64,000 bases of DNA from Octopus vulgaris (lineage: Eukaryota), in the NCBI GenBank assembly GCA_951406725.2, contig OX597835.1, positions 27,280,001-27,344,000 on the forward strand, given 5' to 3'. The notes under the pieces were generated by a model. The model searched no databases and was not told where the DNA came from. It saw only the letters and a program-made list of their open reading frames with translations. This document shows positions 59,812 through 64,000 of the stretch, one piece after another (position 1 is the stretch's first letter; every line of letters begins with the position of its first letter). The position numbers and the translations under genes were made by a program.

Positions 59812-60265
59812 AAAGCACCCACTACACTCTCGGAGTGGTTGGCGTTAGGAAAGGCATCCAGCTGTAGAAACTCTGCCAGATCAGATTGGAGCCTGATGCA
59901 GCCATCTGCTTTGCCAGCCCTCAGTCAAATCGTCCAACCCATGCTAGCATGGAAAGCACCCACTACACTCTTGGAATGGTTGGCGTTAGGAAGGGCATCC
60001 AGCTGTAGAAACTCTGCCAGATCAGATTGGAGCCTGGTGCAGCCATCTGGTTTGCCAGTCCTCAGTCAAATCGTCCAACCCATGCTAGCATGGAAAGCAC
60101 CCACTACACTCTTGGAATGGTTGGCGTTAGGAAGGGCATCCAGCTGTAGAAACTCTGCCAGATCAGATTGGAGCCTGGTGCAGCCATCTGGTTTGCCAGT
60201 CCTCAGTCAAATCGTCCAACCCATGCTAACATGGAAAGCGAGCGTTAAATGATGATGATGATGAT
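59812..60265 (+). repeat. Three tandem 141-bp copies of the RTE 3' tail
   Basis: AAAGCACCC at 59812, 59953 and 60094; explains the 47-aa repeat in ORF 59770..60252. Confidence 0.9.
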
Positions 60266-60815
60266 TATTATTCTTTATTTTTTTTAAAATCATTAGTGTC
60301 ACACAAAAATACTTATGGTATTTAATTGTGGGCCCTTACATTCTGGCATGGTTACCTTGGTTTTTACCCTCTGGCGTTTTTGGGATTCAGTATCAATCAA
60401 TTATGAGGGGATGCTGGAAAGTTCCTGGCTTTGGGTAAAAGAAAATACAGGAGGATCAGTTAATTATGGTTTTATTCACCATATTCCCCTCTCAGATTGG
60501 CACAATTATTGCAGCGATCCTTCAGTTTTTCTAAGCCCCGTAAAAAAAATTTAGAGAGTTGGGCCTCCAAGCAGGCCTTTCACGACACCCTTAAAGTAGG
60601 AATGTTACAGCACATCCCCTTGTACAAGAGTAGATTATCTATTCCTATAAAGCACTCTTAATTAGAACGGAATTATAAGAGTAAGCAAACAGACAAACAA
60701 CATTAATTATTGATGAAATTAGTTACTAAGTTTTGTACAATGATATACAACAAATATACAATGACTTACATTATTTACCTTCAACAGATATTTGTCCTCA
60801 TCTTGTTTGTTGTTA

Positions 60816-60856
60816 ACACATTTCAGCTGATATACTCTCCAGCCTTCTTCAGGTAT
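60816..60856 (-). ncRNA. Degenerate hammerhead in the PLE 3' terminal region
   Basis: ATAC CTGAAGA A GGCTGG-AGAGTATA-TCAGCT GAAA T GTGT. Core and stem II are present; stem III appears partly deleted. Confidence 0.6.
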
Positions 60857-60932
60857 CTTGGGGAAATTTCAAACCTAGGTTCTCATTCCTAAGGTATTTT
60901 TCGATGTTATGATTATTATTATTGTTGCTGTA

Positions 60933-61005
60933 CAGGTGACTGCCTGAAATCGAACTCCAAATCTTGGAGTTAGTACCCTGTGCTCTTAACCACTACACAT
61001 GCCCG
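60933..61005 (-). promoter_or_regulatory. tRNA-derived Pol III promoter-like sequence within the PLE 3' region
   Basis: A-box-like GTAGTGGTTAAG and B-box-like GAGTTCGATTTC at tRNA spacing; a homologous copy lies at 21377-21453 (+). Confidence 0.6.
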
Positions 61006-63314
61006 TGAGCAATTATGGAGTGAATTTTAGGGCTTATAAATCTAATATTTTTCTATCCTTCCTTAATACCAATTCCCATGGTCTGCTTAGGAGGTTGTTG
61101 TGTCCTAGCATATGACCTGCTTCTTTTAGTTTTGGTATTTCCAGTGGTGTTCTCTGTCTATTATTTTAACTTCATCCCACAGGGGGAGGTGGTCTCCATT
61201 TTTCCATACATGATCAGCTATACCCGATTTATCAATATCTCCTTGTGTCACAGCTTTGCGATGTTCGTCTACCCTTATTTTGAGGGGGCGGCATGTTTCA
61301 CCTTTGTATAACCTACCACAGCTGCATGGGATGGAGTACATGCAGTCTTTGGTCATATTCTCTTCTACTGGTGGTTTTACTTGAAGGAGTTATTTGCGAA
61401 GTGTTGTATTATTCATGAATACTGTCCTGATGTCATATGGGCCGCATATCTTTTGTATCTTTTCAGAGAGGCCTTTCACATAGGGTAGACAGACTGTGGA
61501 CAGTTTATTGGCCTCATCTATTCTCTTCTTCATAATTGGAATGGATAGTATACTTTTGGGTGTAGTTGTTGCTTAACAGATTGTTATTGAGCTTGATTAT
61601 TTCTTTGTGGTGTGTATCATGATTGCTACTTATAACCTTTGCATGATGTTTTAGGCACTGAGCAATCCCTCTCTTTACATTGTATGGATGGTGGGAATTG
61701 AAGTTCAGGTATCATCCAGTAAAGGTCGGCTTGCTGTATACAGATGTCCTGAATCCATACTTGGTGTACACCATGCACCAAGTATAGATTCTGGACATCT
61801 ATGCAATATCCACATGTCTGGCTAGCCATGGAAAATATTACCTTGCTTGGAAACAAGTGGGGGTGGGTTGGCAACAGGGTGGGTATCTAACCATTGAAAA
61901 TCTGCCACGGCAACTTTTCTGTCCGACCCATGCAAACATGGTCAAGTGGACATTAAACGATGATGGTGATGATGATGATGATAGTATAAAGAAAGGAATT
62001 AGCCACAGCTTACAACGTCAAGTTAAACTCCAGACACATGCAACAAGAGATGATGATTAGAAAAAAACCTTATTGTTACAACTTCCCTGTAAGCCCACTC
62101 TCAGCTTCCAAATGCTTACAAGCAAGTTTTAAAGCTTTTAATTTCTTTTGCTAAATTGTCTTGTGGGACTATGGAATACTGACTCATCATCATCATCGTT
62201 TAATGTCCATCTTCCATGCATATATGGAAAGGACAACATAGGAGCTGGCCAGGTAGAAAAACACCCTATGCTACTGTCTCTTTGGCAAGACACCTGTTTC
62301 TGCCTCATCTGTCTTTTTGTCACCCTCTAACCGTTCATCCTCTGACACGAGTTCCCCTCCTCAGATGCCCTTGCCCCTCTCGTAATTCCTTGTCTTGTGA
62401 GTTACATGGTTACCCTACCAGTGCTGGTGCCACACAAAAAAGCATCCGGTCCTCACTGTAAAGTGGTTGGCACTTGGAATGGCATCCAGCTGTAAAAGTC
62501 ATGCCAAGACTAACCTCACACACATATATTAATCAGATAACATACTGAGTATGTCTACCTGCTGGAAATAAGTCAAAGCTCTTATTTAAACTGCTAAAAA
62601 AAAATGCCGAAAAGTCATTTTAATTTTTCAGCGATTTTAAATATGAGTTTTGACTGTTATTTCCAGCAGGTAGACATACTCAGTATGTCCTTTGATTAAT
62701 ATAAATTTTAATCCTTCAGGTATTTAATGCTTTTTGGGGCCTGTAATTGCCTATATTATTACTTCCATTATCATCATTATTATCAATTATCATCAATAAT
62801 ATCATCTTCACAAATACTCAATCCGGAATTATTTGCTCCTTATTGGTATATCATCATCATCATTATTGTTTAACATCCACAATAAGCTTCTTTCAGTTTC
62901 CTTTTACCAAATCCCTCCACATGGCTATAGTGGAAGACACTTGCCCAAGGCGCCAAGCAGTGGGACTGAACCTGGAACCATGTGGTTGGGAAGCAAGCTG
63001 CACTTGTATTTAAGGAGATTAATAGAATTAATTGATTAGTTTTCATTAGTCAGGTTCGTGCAACCTCTTGCAAGAAGAAAATCAATTCTGCATACACTTT
63101 TCCGGTGCAGCATAGCAAGCCATTTCGTTAATTTGTACTAAGGTGGAAGTGGTTTGTTTTTTTCTTCGTTTATTGGTATTCCGTCAGTTATGACAACAAA
63201 AGTTCCTGTTGATCCGATTGACGGAACAGCCTGCTTGTGAAATTAACATGCAAGTGGCTGAGTGCTCCACAGACACACATACGCTCAATCATTTATCATT
63301 CAGATTATTCTGAA

Positions 63315-63565
63315 TGGGCTGTGACTGCAGAGGACATGCGTGGGCTTGAAAGAAATGAAGCTAGCATGATCTGCTGGATGTGTAATGTCAGTGTGCATGC
63401 ACGACAGCGTGTAAGTGCCCTGAGAGAAATGCTGGACATAAGAAGCATTGGGTGTGGCGTGCAAGAGAGACGTCTGCGCTGGTATGGTCATGTACTACAG
63501 ATGGATGAGGAGAGATGTGTGAAGAAGTGCCACTCCCAAACAGTTGAAGGAATCCAGGGTAGAGG
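63315..63565 (+). mobile_element. RTE ORF2 C-terminal fragment
   Basis: ORF 63237..63626 SEWAVT...LERNEASMICWMC...RRLRWYGHVLQM...VEG..GRG. Confidence 0.85.
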
Positions 63566-64000
63566 TTCATGGCTGTTTTCTGTACCAGCTTCACATAGAA
63601 GCCCCAGCCCTTCCAAAGTGCCTTAGATCGCAGGACGGCCTGCTGTACTTTCCTTGGATCATAGGGTGACCGGCTGTGCTTGTGGAGACCTATTGAATCA
63701 AGTACATCAGCATCAAAAATCGAATGGAAATTGTGGTTGCTATACCTGTTGCCGGCGGCATGTAAAATGGACCGTCCATATGTGGCCGATGCCAGCGTCG
63801 CCTTGACTGGCTTCCGTGCTGGTGGCATGTAAAAAGCACCAACTGATCATGGCCATTGCCAGCCTCCCCTGGCACCTGTGCCGGTGGCACGTAAAAAGCA
63901 CCATCCGTATGTGGCCGATGCCAGCGCTGCCTTGACCGGCTTCCTTGTCGGTGGCACGTAAAAACCACCAACCGATCATGGCCATTGCCAGCCTCCCCTG

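Larger units (their letters stand above)
60765..61630 (-). mobile_element. Decayed Penelope-like retroelement 3' end: RT-thumb/linker plus GIY-YIG endonuclease, then terminal region with tRNA-like sequence and hammerhead
   Basis: Translation VCLPYVKGLSEKIQKICGPYDIRTVF...K*LLQVKPP...CMYSIPCSCGRLYKGETCRPLKIRVDEHRKA...SGIADHVWKNGDH...WDEVKIIDREHHW, then a frameshift to KLKEA. This is the typical PLE GIY-YIG pattern, with one stop and one frameshift. Confidence 0.9.

Overview
AT-rich, microsatellite- and transposon-dense eukaryotic DNA. The SINE/RTE families and (TA)n/(GATA)n content point to an octopus or other coleoid cephalopod (inference). Genes: (1) a complete 8-exon DNase II gene on the minus strand (39839->18250; 1092 nt, 363 aa), hand-spliced with GT-AG sites, consistent phases and both catalytic HxK motifs; (2) a coding exon with a CENP-B-type HTH domain (6553->5945, minus); (3) a probable housekeeping-type promoter near 56.0 kb. 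The rest is SINEs, RTE/CR1-like LINE fragments, Tc1/mariner/maT remnants, non-autonomous Helitrons, MITEs and simple repeats. The most interesting signal is non-coding. Several unrelated repeats embedded in (TA)n tracts carry type I hammerhead ribozyme motifs. These include a tandem-plus-inverted 491/492-bp retrozyme-like unit with two intact ribozymes (12318-13805), two further hammerheads with unusually long stem II (1502-1593, 41652-41737) and many relics. A decayed Penelope-like GIY-YIG element, whose 3' end holds a tRNA-like Pol III promoter and a hammerhead (60765-61630), is a plausible mobilising partner. All RNA folds were derived by eye and none has been tested.
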